DNA of 64,000 nucleotides from NCBI GenBank assembly GCA_030704615.1, contig CM060731.1:56296001-56360000 (forward strand). Reading direction: 5' to 3'. The stretch is from Takakia lepidozioides (Eukaryota > Plantae > Bryophyta). A program made the position numbers and the translations under genes. The notes under the pieces were generated by a model. It had not been told where the DNA came from. It made no database searches and was given only the letters and a program-made list of their open reading frames with translations. Of the stretch, positions 25,321-38,200 are shown piece after piece (within the stretch, counting starts at the first letter, position 1; every line of letters begins with the position of its first letter).

Positions 25321-27100
25321 TGACTATTGTCAATGCCGCCGTTTCTATAAAGCACCACGTACACCTACTCAAAGTACGTTCACACATTGGCATTCAAGGG
25401 AATGAGGAGGCCGACCTCCTCGCTCAGCTCCGTGCCACCAAACTCAAAGTTGTCAAACCCACGAATGATCCTATCCACGTCGCCCGCTCCTACCCCTTTT
25501 GGTTTATACACCCAGTTTTGAACCCTACCGCACCACGACCCACACGCAACCTCTTGGCCACCCTCACTCATGAAAGCAAATGAACAGGCCGCAGCCTCTA
25601 TAAGTCATACCAAAGTACATATTAAATGGACCCAATCCGACCACAAACTCTCGAACCACTTCTGGCATACCAAAGCTACCACTGATGCACAAATCTGCAA
25701 GACACTTAAATTCAGATACGCCCAATACATGGATCACCAACGCAAACACATTTTCTAGCCACATCTCTTTCCGTCACCTGTGCTCCACAACTCACAATGC
25801 GCGTGATACCTGGCCGCACCTCCTGAGCCAGTGCACGCACCCGATCATCCATGGTCTTCATATCACCCGACACAACCAAGCAGTCTGGCATCTCCACAAA
25901 CTATTCACAAAACGCGCTGAAACCCGATGGTTCACACTCATTAACGCCGGTACCTTCCAAGGGAGGCCACCAGACCACACTGTACCGCCATGGCTTCTAC
26001 CATGTACATGCACCCGAGTACCTTGCTCATGCCCCGCCCGGCTCTGCCCGGACATACTCATTATCCAGGGACTACCCATTCAAGCCTCGCCACCTACTTC
26101 ACCATCCCCACAGCTCGTCATCCACTTTATCGAGTTTACATTCTACCATGATCGATACCCCCACGATTCAATCCTGGAAAAACGACAAAAATATGCCCCA
26201 CTCATTCTTGCAATTTGTCGGCAGAGATGGACCACTGGCCCACTCACAGTCATCACTGCCGGAACCTGAGGCGGCATACACAACGCCAGTATCAATGATT
26301 TACATGATAATTTCAAAATACCCACTCTCCCAATCCATCAATGTTTCAAAACAATCCATCTTACAACACTCCGTTCCCTAACAGCCACCATCACCAACAA
26401 ACGCCAACTCGAAGCTAGCCCCTCTAGTGCACCATGGGTCCCCCAGGGTCCCCCTGGGAACTCAGGGGGTTCATAGCAATGTTGGACTGGTATCAAGTTT
26501 TTTACATACCAGTCTGGTCCTGGTACTAGGCCTATCACAAAGTTTTCATACCAGTCTGGTCTATATAATGGTGGATGTATATTTGTCCAAATACTGGTAT
26601 GAGTATGAGTATCATGACCACAATACCAGCTGGTATGAGGTATCAACTCTGGTATCATCCATTATGTGTATTGTATTTATTTTCACTTGATATTTGCTAT
26701 TTGATAAACTTGTAATTCAAGATGGCTTTAGAAGTAAATATACATAAATACAAATGTATAGGCAAATGTACACATAAATTAAATATGGTACACATACCAG
26801 AGTAAATGAGGTAGACTGCGGGGGAGTACCGGTATTGTGGCTGGTATGAAAAAACTGATACCGGCCTGGTCTGGTATATGACCAAGTATTCTCCCAAACG
26901 ATACCAGACTGGTCTGGTATCTAATACCAGTCCTTCACCTATATACCAGTCCAACACTGGTTCATAGCAACTCTTCCCTCTCTCTCTCCTTGGTTACTTG
27001 GTGTCTCACATGACACCCTTCCTATTATAGGTCCCACCCCTGAAAAGGGGCAGTAGCCGTAAGGCGTTAGTTACGCCGGCTACGGCCGGAGTCTTCTCTC
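25321..27100 (+). mobile_element. Non-LTR retrotransposon 3' part: RNase H C-half, CCHC, restriction-like endonuclease (Dualen-like)
   Basis: KVRSHIGIQGNEEADLLA (RNase H); C...DTWPHLLSQC; RHNQAV; RLCPDILII...IEFT...EKRQKY (RLE PD..E..K); hAT MITE inserted in the 3' UTR. Confidence 0.75.
26477..26959. mobile_element. hAT-family MITE, copy 2
   Basis: TIR CAATGTTGGACTGGTAT/ATACCAGTCCAACACTG, 8-bp TSD GTTCATAG (26469-26476 and 26960-26967). Confidence 0.92.
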
Positions 27101-27104
27101 TCCG

Positions 27105-27260
27105 GCGTGAATCCACTTTGGATAATGTGAGTGTGCATCTTTCCAGCTTCCAGACCTTTCATCTTGATGCACTTAAGCAAGAGATAGACATACGTATCTA
27201 AATCTGCTAAAATGCCTCGTTATATCACTCATCTGGTTGGAATCATAGGAAGGCTGAGCA
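27105..27260 (-). pseudogene. Short PPR N-terminal fragment of the same family
   Basis: Closely matches 40840-40957 (GILAD.DTYVYLLLKCIKMKGLEAGKMHTHIIQSGFTP). Confidence 0.7.
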
Positions 27261-30200
27261 AGAGGTTGGGGAGGCTTGTTAAGTATAGATGAATCTTAGT
27301 TCAAGTTCATTCCTCTTTGGCAAACTCTTTTGACAGTCATCCTCTGCCCTCTTGCTCATATAATGTAACAAATTGAATTCTCTGGAAATCCTCAGTGTGC
27401 TAAAGGTGAAATACACCAATTGAACTGAATCTCAACTGAGCTAGCTAGCGAGTGAATTGAACTTACTGAAACTGCAGACTCTCCTTTGCAAGCAAAGCTA
27501 ACTTGGAATGACAGCCATGTTCATGCACTAGCAGACAGTGCATCTGAACCCCAATCTGCAAAATACATGTTGGAGATGCTTGCGTCAATCCACCTATCAA
27601 TGACAAGTACACGACCCTGTTATATATTGTGCACCCTCTAGTCTCTCTGAGCAAATTAGAAACAGAACCAGTGAAGAAAAATGGCAACTGAAACGGGGGC
27701 TGCTATTTCATGAGCGGGAAAAAAAAAAAAAAACATGAGCGGACCATTGTGTGTCCACGGAAATAGGGTTAGGAGGCACGGAAATAGAGTCATGTGAAGT
27801 TGGAATGTGGCACCAGTGGACTCGTCATAGCAATGAAATGCAACATTTTATTGCAAATTTTGTGGCAAGCCACATCTATACAAGTGTGTCCTAACTGTCA
27901 TAGCCGGAATGGGCACTACTCTCCTACACCCTCCGAGGAACTTGCCCCACCTTCCTCCTCATCCCCCCCATCCTCCGAGCTCTGTGATGCATCAGTTCCA
28001 CTATGCCTCTCAAAAATTCAGTCCTCTCCTTGGGAGACTGTCCACCTCACCTCCTGGGAATCTTCTGCCTCTTCTCCCCCACTTTCCTCAGCAGAATCTA
28101 AGACAAATCTACGAGCCTGACGGGATCTAATAGCTTCTGTCTCCTCCCTCATCTTCATTTTCTTGAGGCTTGCCTCGTCTAAAATCTATTGTACACGACT
28201 AGGTTCGGAAGACCTCCTTATGGACACCGAAGCAAGCCGGGCAGCATAAGTAGGAAGTATGTAGTCCTTTTATGGACTTGGCATGAAATCCCCCCTGGCA
28301 AAAAAAGGCACGTTCCTCCTGCCCATGAAATGCAGTGTAGACGTCCCTCCTGCAATACTTGGTGTCCTGCAGTAAGAACAAATCCACTTCAAGAATGTCA
28401 ATACCAGCAGAAGCAGAAAGGGTCGGCCAATGAAATAAGAGAGCAAAGGGAGGTGCCTCACGAAATCAGGAGGCAACTTACAATGCGACCACTCACTCGT
28501 AAACTGGGGGCTCCTCGGCCTCGATCCCAACTTGTACCTCCCCCTGCTCCTTGTCGGATTCTTCCTCATCCTCCGAGGATGCCTCTTCCTCTTTCGGCAG
28601 ACGTTCAGCCGCTGCAAGTTCGGAGTTGTGGAGGGCAGTATCTGGCTCGAAGGCGAAGACATGCCTGTCGGACAACGTCCCTGCCCACATTGAAGCACCT
28701 GAGGGACAAAGCGGGCAGTTAGTAGCATGCGGCATGCAATTGCAATCGGGCCAGGGGACAAACTGTGCACGTGAAGGCTTACCCGTGCCGCATGTGAGGT
28801 CAAGAATCCGCCCTTGGACATCTGAGCACGTCTCCATGAGGGTTTGGATGAAAGCAGGGCTCCGCGTCCGGCTGTACCGCCATGGTTTGCCTGTCTTTGT
28901 GTTCTTCGGCATACTCGAGTGGGGCACATAGTTGTTGAGGACATCGTAGGTAACAGGGTCCACAGCGGCATCAACAAGACGACCGTCGTTGCGGAATTTG
29001 AACGTAGACCCTCTCTTCACAAAACAATATGTCTCAAACACCAATGTCTGCACATCCAACAAAAGAGGGATCAACTCCAGGGTCTAGTTTAGATACACCA
29101 CAATATGAAAGTGAATGCAATAGATTGGTAACTTACACTCTGGCCCTTTGTTCGCAACCCCTGCGTATTGATGCAGAACCATTTTTTGAGGAGGACTGGG
29201 GTGACACTTTTCGGTGTCCACCTTGCCACAACATTCTCTGTGGTCTTCCCTCTTGTGGCAAGGACCACCATACATCCACCGTCATCCAGGAGCATCCCCG
29301 CCAGCCCAAACCCGGCTCTCCAGTAGTCCTCAGTAAACTTGTTCCAGGTGGGCACACCATCCAGGCCCTCCAGCAGCTCCCCATATGGAATATCGAGGAG
29401 AATCATATCGCAGGCTCTCTCCACCTCAACCCCCCCCCCCGAGTGCTCTTGCAATCCGTGCTCACAGCCGTGAAGAATTCCATCATGGCTTCCAAACCAG
29501 GGGTGTCTTTAGGCTCTGTACCGGCAGCCCTCTTCTTGGCTTTCCCCTTCAGCTCCTCCAGAGACTTGTTGTGTGCCACCTTCTTCGCCCTGGCAGCCAG
29601 AGTGTCAAGGAAGCTCTCATTGACACATTGGATGATGGTTGGGGGTTCTAGCTTTGGCCTCTGCGGAAACGTCACCGCCGAATACCGCCGTGTAAACTCG
29701 CCCTCAAATGCCAACTTCTTGGCAGAGCCAGTCCCAGTCCGAATTGACTTGGGAACCCGGACGACCGGTGACTTGGTAGCAGCAGCAGCAGTCGTAGGAC
29801 CTTGCACAAAGTCGTCGTCGGAGTCACTCCCTTGGGGCCCCTCCTGCGCCTCCTCTGGTGCCCCGGTGGTTTTCTGTTTTTTGGGGGTTATTGTACTCCC
29901 ATGTTTCCGTGTCCTTTTCTTTTGTCCTTTATTCTTCTCATTCAATTTCTCCTGAATACCTGCCTGAGCAAGCTCTGCCGCTTTCCTGGACTTGGCAAGC
30001 ACTTTTGCCTCCTTTGGACCCAGCGGAGGCAGCGGAGCCCGGTTTCGTCGGGCCTCCGCATCCAGCTTCAATTGAAACTCGGATGAGTCGAGCGAGCCGG
30101 GCGGAAGGTCCACATACCAAGGGCAGTCACGCAAATGTTCCAGATGCCACTCCTTCACAATAACGTCAGTGTACATAGAGTCAGCCCCAGGGTTCCTCCA

Positions 30201-30349
30201 TGCGAGGAAGAATGGCGGCTCGAAGGACAGATGACCTTTCTCCAAAAGGGAGAACTTGCAGTACCTGCATTCAAGAAACACACACAAAATGAGGTCTCGG
30301 GAACGAGGTAAATTTCAGAGAATGAAACTAGAAAAATGAAACTGAAAAT

Positions 30350-31300
30350 GGGCCTAGAACTGGAAATTCAGCGCCATTTCTCCAGTTCCGGGCCCAGTTA
30401 GTTCTGGGACAACCATTTTCGGGGCCCTGAACTGACCGGGCCCGGAACTGGAAAAATGACGCTGAATTTCCAGTTTCGGTGCCAGCCACCCCAGGGACTT
30501 AGCCATTTTCGGGGCCCTAAACTGGAAATTTGGCACCATTTTTCCAGGTTGGGGCCGAAAATGACTGAGTCCCAGAACTGACCGGGCCCGGAACTGGAAA
30601 AATGGCGCCGAATTTCCAGTTTCGGTGCCAACCACCCCAGGGACTTAGCCATTTCCGGGCCCTGAACTGGAAATTTGGCGCCATTTTCCCAGGTGGGGGC
30701 TGAAAATGTCTAAGTCCCAGAACTGGAAAAATGGCGCCGAATTTCCAGTCTCTGTGCCAGCCACCCCAGGGACTTAGCCATTTTCGGGGCCCTGAACTGG
30801 AAATTCGGCGCCATTTTCCCAGGTTGGGGCCGAAAATGGCGAAGTCCCAGAAGTGACTGGGCCTGGAACTGGAAAAATGGCGCCGAATTTCCAGTTTCGG
30901 TGCCAGCCACCCCAGAGACTTAGCCATTTTCCGGGCCCTGAACTGGAAATTCGGCACCATTTTCCCAGGTGGGGGCTGAAAATGGCTAAGTCCCAGAACT
31001 GACTGGGCCCGGAACTGGAAAAATGGCGCCGAATTTCCAGTCTCTACGCCAGCCACCCCAGGGACTTAGCCATTTTCAGCCCCGATCTAGGAAAATGGCG
31101 CCGAATTTCCAGTTCAGGGCCCCGAAAATGGCTAAGTCCCAGAACTGACTGGGCCCGGAACTGGAAAAATGGCGCCGAATTTCCAGTTTCGGTGCCAGCC
31201 ACCCCAGGGACGCCGAACTGGAAAACCGACGCCATTTTCCCAGGTTGGGTCCGAGAATGGCCAAGTCCCAGAACTGAATGGGCCCGGAACTGGAAAGGCC
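30350..31300. repeat. Intronic tandem array, 146-bp period, built of nested inverted repeats
   Basis: GAACTGGAAA at 30445, 30591, 30720, 30866, 31012, 31158 and 31287 (spacings 146, 129, 146, 146, 146, 129); lies within GT-AG intron 31351-30265. Confidence 0.95.
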
Positions 31301-33649
31301 TCTTACATCTTGGAAATGTAGGGACTAAAAAGAAAGGCATCGCATATGTACCTGTACAGAAGGCGCATTGCCGCTTTGTCCGCATTTGGCTGGTCGGTGA
31401 ACTCGTGGCTCCGGCGAGCATGGGGTATCTCTCGAAAGAATAGGTCGGTTTTGTAGAGCAGAAAGTACCTTGTCACATAGTCGAGTAGGCTCTCTGCTTC
31501 ACCAGATATCTCCAGCTTGAACTGATGTGCTTGTGTGTCAAGCTGCTCTTGCGCATTCGTCGTCACCTGTGGAAATTCTCCATCAGACCGCTTTCCTCAA
31601 AAAATACAGTAAATCCACCCGGTACAAGCGTAGAATCGGCAAATGAAGCGAGGGAAAGTACCTGAAACCACCATGTCATGCGGTTCATCCACATGTCGAA
31701 TGTGGGGTCAGACAGTTTGTCGGGTTTGAGGAAGCTCCACATGTCCCTTGTACTTTGGGAACCATTCCAGATTTGGAGCCACCGGGTTTGTCCAACCACC
31801 CAGCATATTAGTAAGCGCCAAACATCACAAAAACGAATTGTTGCCACGACAATTTGGTTAAGAATGTATAACCTTTTCTGTTGCATCCACATAGGATGTG
31901 GCTAGACGATGCAGCTTCTCCAATGTCATCGTGGGCTTCAGAGCGCGGGAGTAGTGCTTCCCCACCTCCACCAGAAAGTCGGCACCAAGGGCGGGATCAG
32001 CTATGGCCACGTACTTTACCATCCGCGACTTGTACTTGATGCGGGCCTTCACCTCCGCAGCTTTGAGATACGATTCCAGTGCCGGGAGGGTTAGTTTTTT
32101 CTCCTCTGACTCCATGTAGAACCTCCGCGCATGTGCCAAATCTTGCTGAATTTTTTCCTGTCAAGAAAGCGCACATAAGATTAGAAATCCGGGTCAACGC
32201 TTTTTCTTCTATTGGGGGAAGAGAGACAGATTAGCTGAACAAAATAGTCAGGAGCTTTACCCGAAATATGTAGTCCACCATGGCGTCCATGCTCAGCCTA
32301 TACCAGGTTCTGTCTACCTTTGCCTCCGACTTATGAAGGAGGTCGGCATTGAGCGAATTGGCAAACTCTTGCACCCCCTGCTTCCCGACATCCTTCACTC
32401 GGAAGAGCAAATGGGACAAGTTGGTGGCAATGAAGGCATTCTCAGTCACCCTGCAATGCCACATTTCCATTAAACAATACTGAAATGAGAATTTGCATCA
32501 AATATGACGATTGGCAATGAAATGACTGTTTCAAATTCAAAGTTCCAAAGCAACAGGCATTGTAACTTACAAGTTGATGTCTGCCATTGCAGCTTTGAGA
32601 AGACTGCGATCTTTGGGCCCCGCAACCTTCAGCACAACACACTCCACGGCAAAATGCCAATCCAGGTCATTGGGGTGGGCTTGGGCTATGTACTCCATCC
32701 ATGCCAGGAGGCAATGATTGCCGTCCCACACGTAAAACATCTTTCTGGACAAGTGCTGGAAAAGAGGATCAGTAGCAATCAATCTCTCGAACTCCTCATT
32801 TCGCCTTTGCCAATGGGGACCCCAATTGTCCACCTCATCGGAAGTGTGGGCACGAGAAGCTCCATGGTTGTTCTCAATGGAAACGTAAAACGCGGCAAAC
32901 CCCATTCGATATCCCTCCCGGAAAGAGAATTTCAGCTTGTCGATATCGCCTGAGAGGGCAGGTCTCACCACCTGCAATGATACCAAGCGGCAAAGGGGAA
33001 TCCGAAGCTTGGCTGGGTACACCATGCCCCCCAGGACCCTGCCAATGTTGCTGTGGGTTGCCTCCAACATCTTCGCAGCGGCCAACTTCATATCCGCCTC
33101 CGACATGACGTCTGTTGCAGGGGGGTTCTCCAGCAGCCCACCAGGACCGCCAAATCTAGCCTGTATGCTCCGGGTATGGGGCCTGGGGATGTCCGGGAGG
33201 ATGTCATCCTGGTCAGAAAGCTCCCTCTCGTCGTCCTCATCATGGTCAACCACCGCCGGAACCACCTCGAGCACTCTCCCCGTCTCTACTTCCCTCTCCT
33301 CGGCTTCACCTCGAATTCCCACAATCCGTGCTCTTTGTGGTGTTCTTTCCCCTCCTCCACTCTCCACTATATGTGTAATTGCGGGGGCTGCTCCCACCCG
33401 CGATGGTGTAACCGGTAAGGATGCAGCCGGTGTGTTACTGCCTATTTCTGGTGTCTTGGAGGGATCCACCGTCTCTGTGCGTCCCTCGCTTACATGGGCA
33501 TCTGTCATTTTGACACCCCTGGCCTCTTCAGTGGCCTTTTCTCTTGCCTCCTGGCTAGCCTTCTGTCTAGCATGTTCCTTTGCCTTCTCTTTTGCCCTCT
33601 CACGGGCCTTCTGTTTCTTACTAGGGGTAGCAGCATGGGAGGCCTCCAG

Positions 33650-33835
33650 TTGGCCAGGTGTCGGCCTCTCCCCCCGAGACGACTTCATCCGTGCGGCCTC
33701 GGATGGGAATTCGGCGCCGTTTTTCCATCCGGGGGATGTTCTCTGTCGGCCAGGTGACGGCCTCACCCCCCAAGACGACTTCGTCCGACTGGCCTCGGAT
33801 GGAAATTCGGCGCCGTTTTTCCATCCGGGGGATCT
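33650..33835 (-). repeat. Two 96-bp (32-aa) coding repeats containing the palindrome
   Basis: SPGWKNGAEFPSEA occurs twice in ORF 32567-33904; DNA gg(a/g)aattcggcgccgtttttcca. Confidence 0.9.
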
Positions 33836-35233
33836 TCTCTGGCAGGCACGTGGGGCCGTCACCCTCCGATTGGACGTCCTGTCAAAGTAAATTATGCGCC
33901 TCATTCCTGGGTATGGTTATATTAAATGGTGCTCTTTTCCTTTGCCACTTGCCCGACCTTCGCTCGTGACCCACGCGTTTCAAACCGAGACAACAACAAC
34001 ACTTCCTCGCTCCAAGCTCCTCATCTTCCCCACACTACCCCTTCCCTGCGCACCCTCTCTGCTTCCTGGCAGCCATTTCAGTAGTCCTCGATGGCGTGCC
34101 GGGATCCCAGCAACTGCCCAAACAAGCATCGCACCCCGTGGGACTTCTTGCCCAAGTCAGGGGATATTTTCGTATACCTGCAGGATTGGATAGACCACTC
34201 TCAGCAGAGGAGGATGCACCTGTCCGCTCTTGAGTACCTTCCTAGCTTCCACGATCAGCCTCGCGGGGACGGGCTTGCACGGCTTTTGTGCCTGCGAATC
34301 GTTGATCTGCAGTATCCACCTACATGGAACATCCCCAAAAGCCGCACGGCCTTCTACATCATTGGAGGTGCTGCCAGTGGGCCTATGAGGATTGCATCGG
34401 GTGTACGTACATGCCAAAGAGGATTCCATCGCAAACAGTGTATGGGGACATTCTCATAAGCTACGAGGATGAGTCCTATGGACACAGTCTCTCCACAACA
34501 AAGATCTCGATTTACGATGGTGCATATATCGGAGGACATGACACCGTTGTCCACTACACCAAAGCAGAATGGGCTGCATCCATTGTCTTCACCTACCAAC
34601 ACCCTGTCAGTCATGAGCTTGTTGAGAGGCCAATGGAGGTTCCAGCTTCTTGGTGAGGATAGTGCAACACGGGAAAAAATTCCCAACTTACCTAAGCATG
34701 GATGGCATGCATACTTTTGGCTTCCCTTGTGAGGGCATGCATACTTGTCACAGTTCATTATTAATAAAAATGTCTCCTTTGAACCAAAGTTCCACTTTTT
34801 GCGCAATGTTGCATTTTGTTGTATGTTGACTTTTGGCAGCGAGGGTCTGGCACTCAATCTTGTAATCAGACCCACTGGAATGCCACCTCTGTCAGTTCCC
34901 TCTATCCATGGGGAAGGTGCTTGCACGTTCACCCCCCCACGCTTCTTGTCAGACGCCGTAATGATTGGTTTGCGCAGCGCATCTGCACAGGTCATATACC
35001 TTCTGACTGCATACCGTTGGCAGTTATTGCGCAAAGGCCAGGGGCCGCATTCCGCATACAAGGTTCATTAACTCTCTGACAGTAGATTTTCGGGAGAGTG
35101 GGCTCCCCGGATTCGTGAATAGGCTTTGTCGCTTGCAAAAATTGGCCCTGCATTCCTTCCCCTTGTTGCATCCCCCCTTCTCCCAGGGCGCTTGTCCGAA
35201 CGCCGTCCGAGCAGTCTTGTGTGCACATCTCCC

Positions 35234-38200
35234 ATGGCAGAAAACCCGAGCGCTATAGTGTACTGCCCTCCTTACGAGCATAGAGCTACATTTCCGTGCA
35301 GAGGGGAGATCTGCCGGGTGATGGAGAAATATCTATGCGTTCAATACCACCTGAAACCGGGGTCGGTATTTTTGGAGGAGGAAAGGAAGGATTCAAACGG
35401 AGTTGTAGTCGAAAGTATTGTTGTGCTCCACGATGATTTTGACGACGGCAGGAAACGGCGAGTTCCACCATCGGACAGCGTCATATACAGGGCTGTTGGG
35501 GACTTCATTTGCCCGCCAAATGCGCCTTCTATCCTGGCGCCTTCCACGAAACAATCCGCGAATCAGAGAGTGGGTACCTCAAAGAGAGAAGTCCGCAACG
35601 AAGTAAATCCAGAGCCAAACCCATCAATGAAGACGAGCGAGAACCGGGTTGTTCACAACCTGTCTGACTCCGACGAGGTCATGGAAGTTCCGAGATCATC
35701 CTGGAGATCAGGCAAGTCCTCAATGGACATCAGCGGACGAGGGAGTCATATTCCCAGCACAAACACAGCAGTTCGATCCATTTTTGAAATTCTACGAGGG
35801 CTTCACATGGAGGGACACCGCTCTGAGCTGGTTGGGCTGGACTACAGCAAGTTCGTAATTAAATCCGTTACATGCCTTCCCGCAGACGTCGACGGTAATA
35901 TGTTCTTTGAGTTCCCTCCTCGAACGGACTATTCGAGGGCGTCCGGAATGTTGACAGATATGGATAGGAAACATGACGCCTTGGTGCGTCACCAAAACCA
36001 CCAGCATGAAGATGCTCGATGGTGTGCGGGTGCGCTACGTTGTTTGTGCGGGCGCGTTGCGGTGTTTCTCCCCAACTTGCTTCCACTTTAAATCCAGAGG
36101 TCACAGGAACGAGACGGATTGGACAGGCATAGCTCATCAACCATTTCGAGCTCAGGAGAAGGTTCCAAAACTCCACATTTAAGTGTGCGCATTGCAAAGA
36201 ACCACCACATTGCATATCTGTTTGTAATGCCAAGCAGTTCTATGTGTTGCACCGTTTCCCTAACCTCACACGAGCTTGCATACACGTTGGTTCCCATTGT
36301 CACAAATTGGCAAGGGGGAACTCGCGGGAGGCTGCCCACGAGGCAGAGCAGCTCGTTCAGGAGGAGGTTAAGTTGAGACCTGGTGCCAAACCCAAACAGA
36401 TACAGCTGCAGGCCGCCCATAAGATGTCGGAAGACGGCTCCGACAGAGTTCCTCTCGATGAGAAGGAAATGGAGGCATTGCTGGAGTCAGTGTCCCACGT
36501 CTGTTCACCGAATGTCCGAAACCACATTGTCTCCTGCAAACAGAAAATTGGGCGTGGCTCGGATATGCACTCCATTCTGGAGATGAAGCGACGATGTGGA
36601 TATGACTACATTCATGGAAGTAGGTTTCCTGGACAAGGAACTGAGGCAGATCGTTGTTTCGTATTCAAAATATCAACGTGTGGGCCTGGCAGCGGCGTCG
36701 AACTGGTCGACCGGATGACGAGTGGGGACTTGTCAAACAGTTGGGTCATGTTCGACCATATCAAGTGAATTACAAATCGCCAGTGGGTGACAATGGCTGC
36801 ACATGTCTATGACACCCACTGCAGGATGCTAATGACAATTGTTATTTGTGAGATGAAAGGAGAGGACACACAATCGGAGATGCTTCTTTGGCAGGGAATA
36901 AACGAACAGATGGCCAGGGCGGGATTGTCCCCTCCCAATTTCCGTGGTTTCATGGCGGACAACGCACAAGCAAATTGGGCTGCCATCCGAAGGGTGTACG
37001 GGGAAGACCCCAATGTTCCGATGGAAGGCAAGGAGAGATCTTGTGGGTTCCATTTTCTGCAGAGCTTGTTGCAGTACACAACCCGGCTCGTGGTGCCAGA
37101 TTTCAGAGATGAGCACTATTCCATGTGTCTTGCGTAGAAGCGTGCTCCCACCTTGGATGATGTAGAGACACAGTTTGCATGTATACAGGTTTGGTGGACA
37201 ACGTCAGGTGCTGTAAAGAAATCAGACGAGGGAGCAATGGTCAGTTGGCTAGCATGGTGGCATTATCGTTTCCTCCAGTTCGGCGACTATATGCGGGAGG
37301 TGAGTTGGACGAATTCGCGTCCCGTTGAATATTATGCTACTCATTATTTGTAACTTGCTTGTAACCTCAACATGTGCATGTGCAGGAAATGTGTCTGGAC
37401 TCCGACACTGACATGCCGACAACAAACATGGCCGAATCAGTACATTCTTCCTGGCGTGCCTCCTCTGCGGCGCATCTGGTGGACATCCTCACTGCCACAA
37501 CGGAGGACATTGTCAGGTCAATTATGCGGCAATGCAGGAATAACGAGTTCTTGAAAGGGAAACAGTGGGGCTTGGGGCCAGACAGGCAGGAAATGCTGAT
37601 GCGGACTGCCTCCAGATCAAAGAATCCTCGGAAGTAGGCGGCAACCTTGCGAGAGGGCCTTCGGGACACGCCATTGCTTCGAAGAGGCCAACACTTGGAT
37701 GGAGATGTTCACACCCGTCCAGTGAGATGAAGACTTGACGAGGCACCTGGCGGAGAAGAGGATTCATGGCGAGCTGACAAGAATATTCGCACGCTCCCTC
37801 GTGGTCCTGTGATGTTGCCCGAGGAGGTCTCGTCGAGCACCGCAAGTCCTGCACGTTCAAGATCGTCATTTCCTTTGAGCATAGGGCACGTGCCCAAGGA
37901 ACATAACGAGCCATCTGTAGTAACGCAGTACAACATACCCATTGTGGAGACAAGAGTGTCGGAGTCACAGTGGAGAATTGCAAGGACATTGCCGGCATTT
38001 CGAGGGAAGTGTTGTGCCATCCGGGTGGATACCAGAGCACACTGTGGTGAGATGATTCGGAGGAACCCACACGGTGTTGTACCTGCACCTTGTTTCAGCG
38101 ACAGATTTTTTACTCCCACATTCTCTCACGCCATAACGCAGACGTTTTGGTTCTGTAGGCACGACATAATGACCTGTGTATTTGGCAAGCCCAAGTACGG

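Larger units (their letters stand above)
27916..33904 (-). pseudogene. ParB/Srx-like domain + beta-class N6-adenine/N4-cytosine DNA methyltransferase fusion, ~9 exons, disabled in this copy
   Basis: Exons 33904-32571, 32450-32261, 32157-31873, 31787-31662 (acceptor reads AA), 31566-31352, 30264-29137 (frameshift in the 11-C run 29430-29440), 29047-28783, 28698-28497, 28366-27916 (3 stops). ParB: IPLCRLVSLQVVRP...DIDKLKFSFREGY...FYVWDGNHCLLAW. MTase motif IV DMILLDIPYG precedes RSPAFIQTLMETCS...RILDLTCGTG|ASMWAG...RHVFAFEPD (motif I); this order defines the beta class. Confidence 0.8.

Noticed and set aside
28199-28387. Cys-rich ORF as a possible zinc finger on the MTase C-terminus
   Set aside because: Splice phase from the preceding exon selects a different frame that runs into the acidic tail; kept only as a remote alternative.
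30350-31300. CRISPR-like array, or genuine ORFs in the repeat
   Set aside because: Inter-repeat segments are themselves repeated (no unique spacers), there are no cas genes, and the array lies in a GT-AG intron; the ORFs are repeat artefacts.
32937-33890. Long + strand ORFs (317 aa; also 29029-29955 and 40209-40712)
   Set aside because: Antisense shadows of the real minus-strand coding regions.
27916-33904. Bacterial or phage contamination
   Set aside because: Spliceosomal introns, TIR/TSD boundaries and plant flanking sequence show genomic integration.
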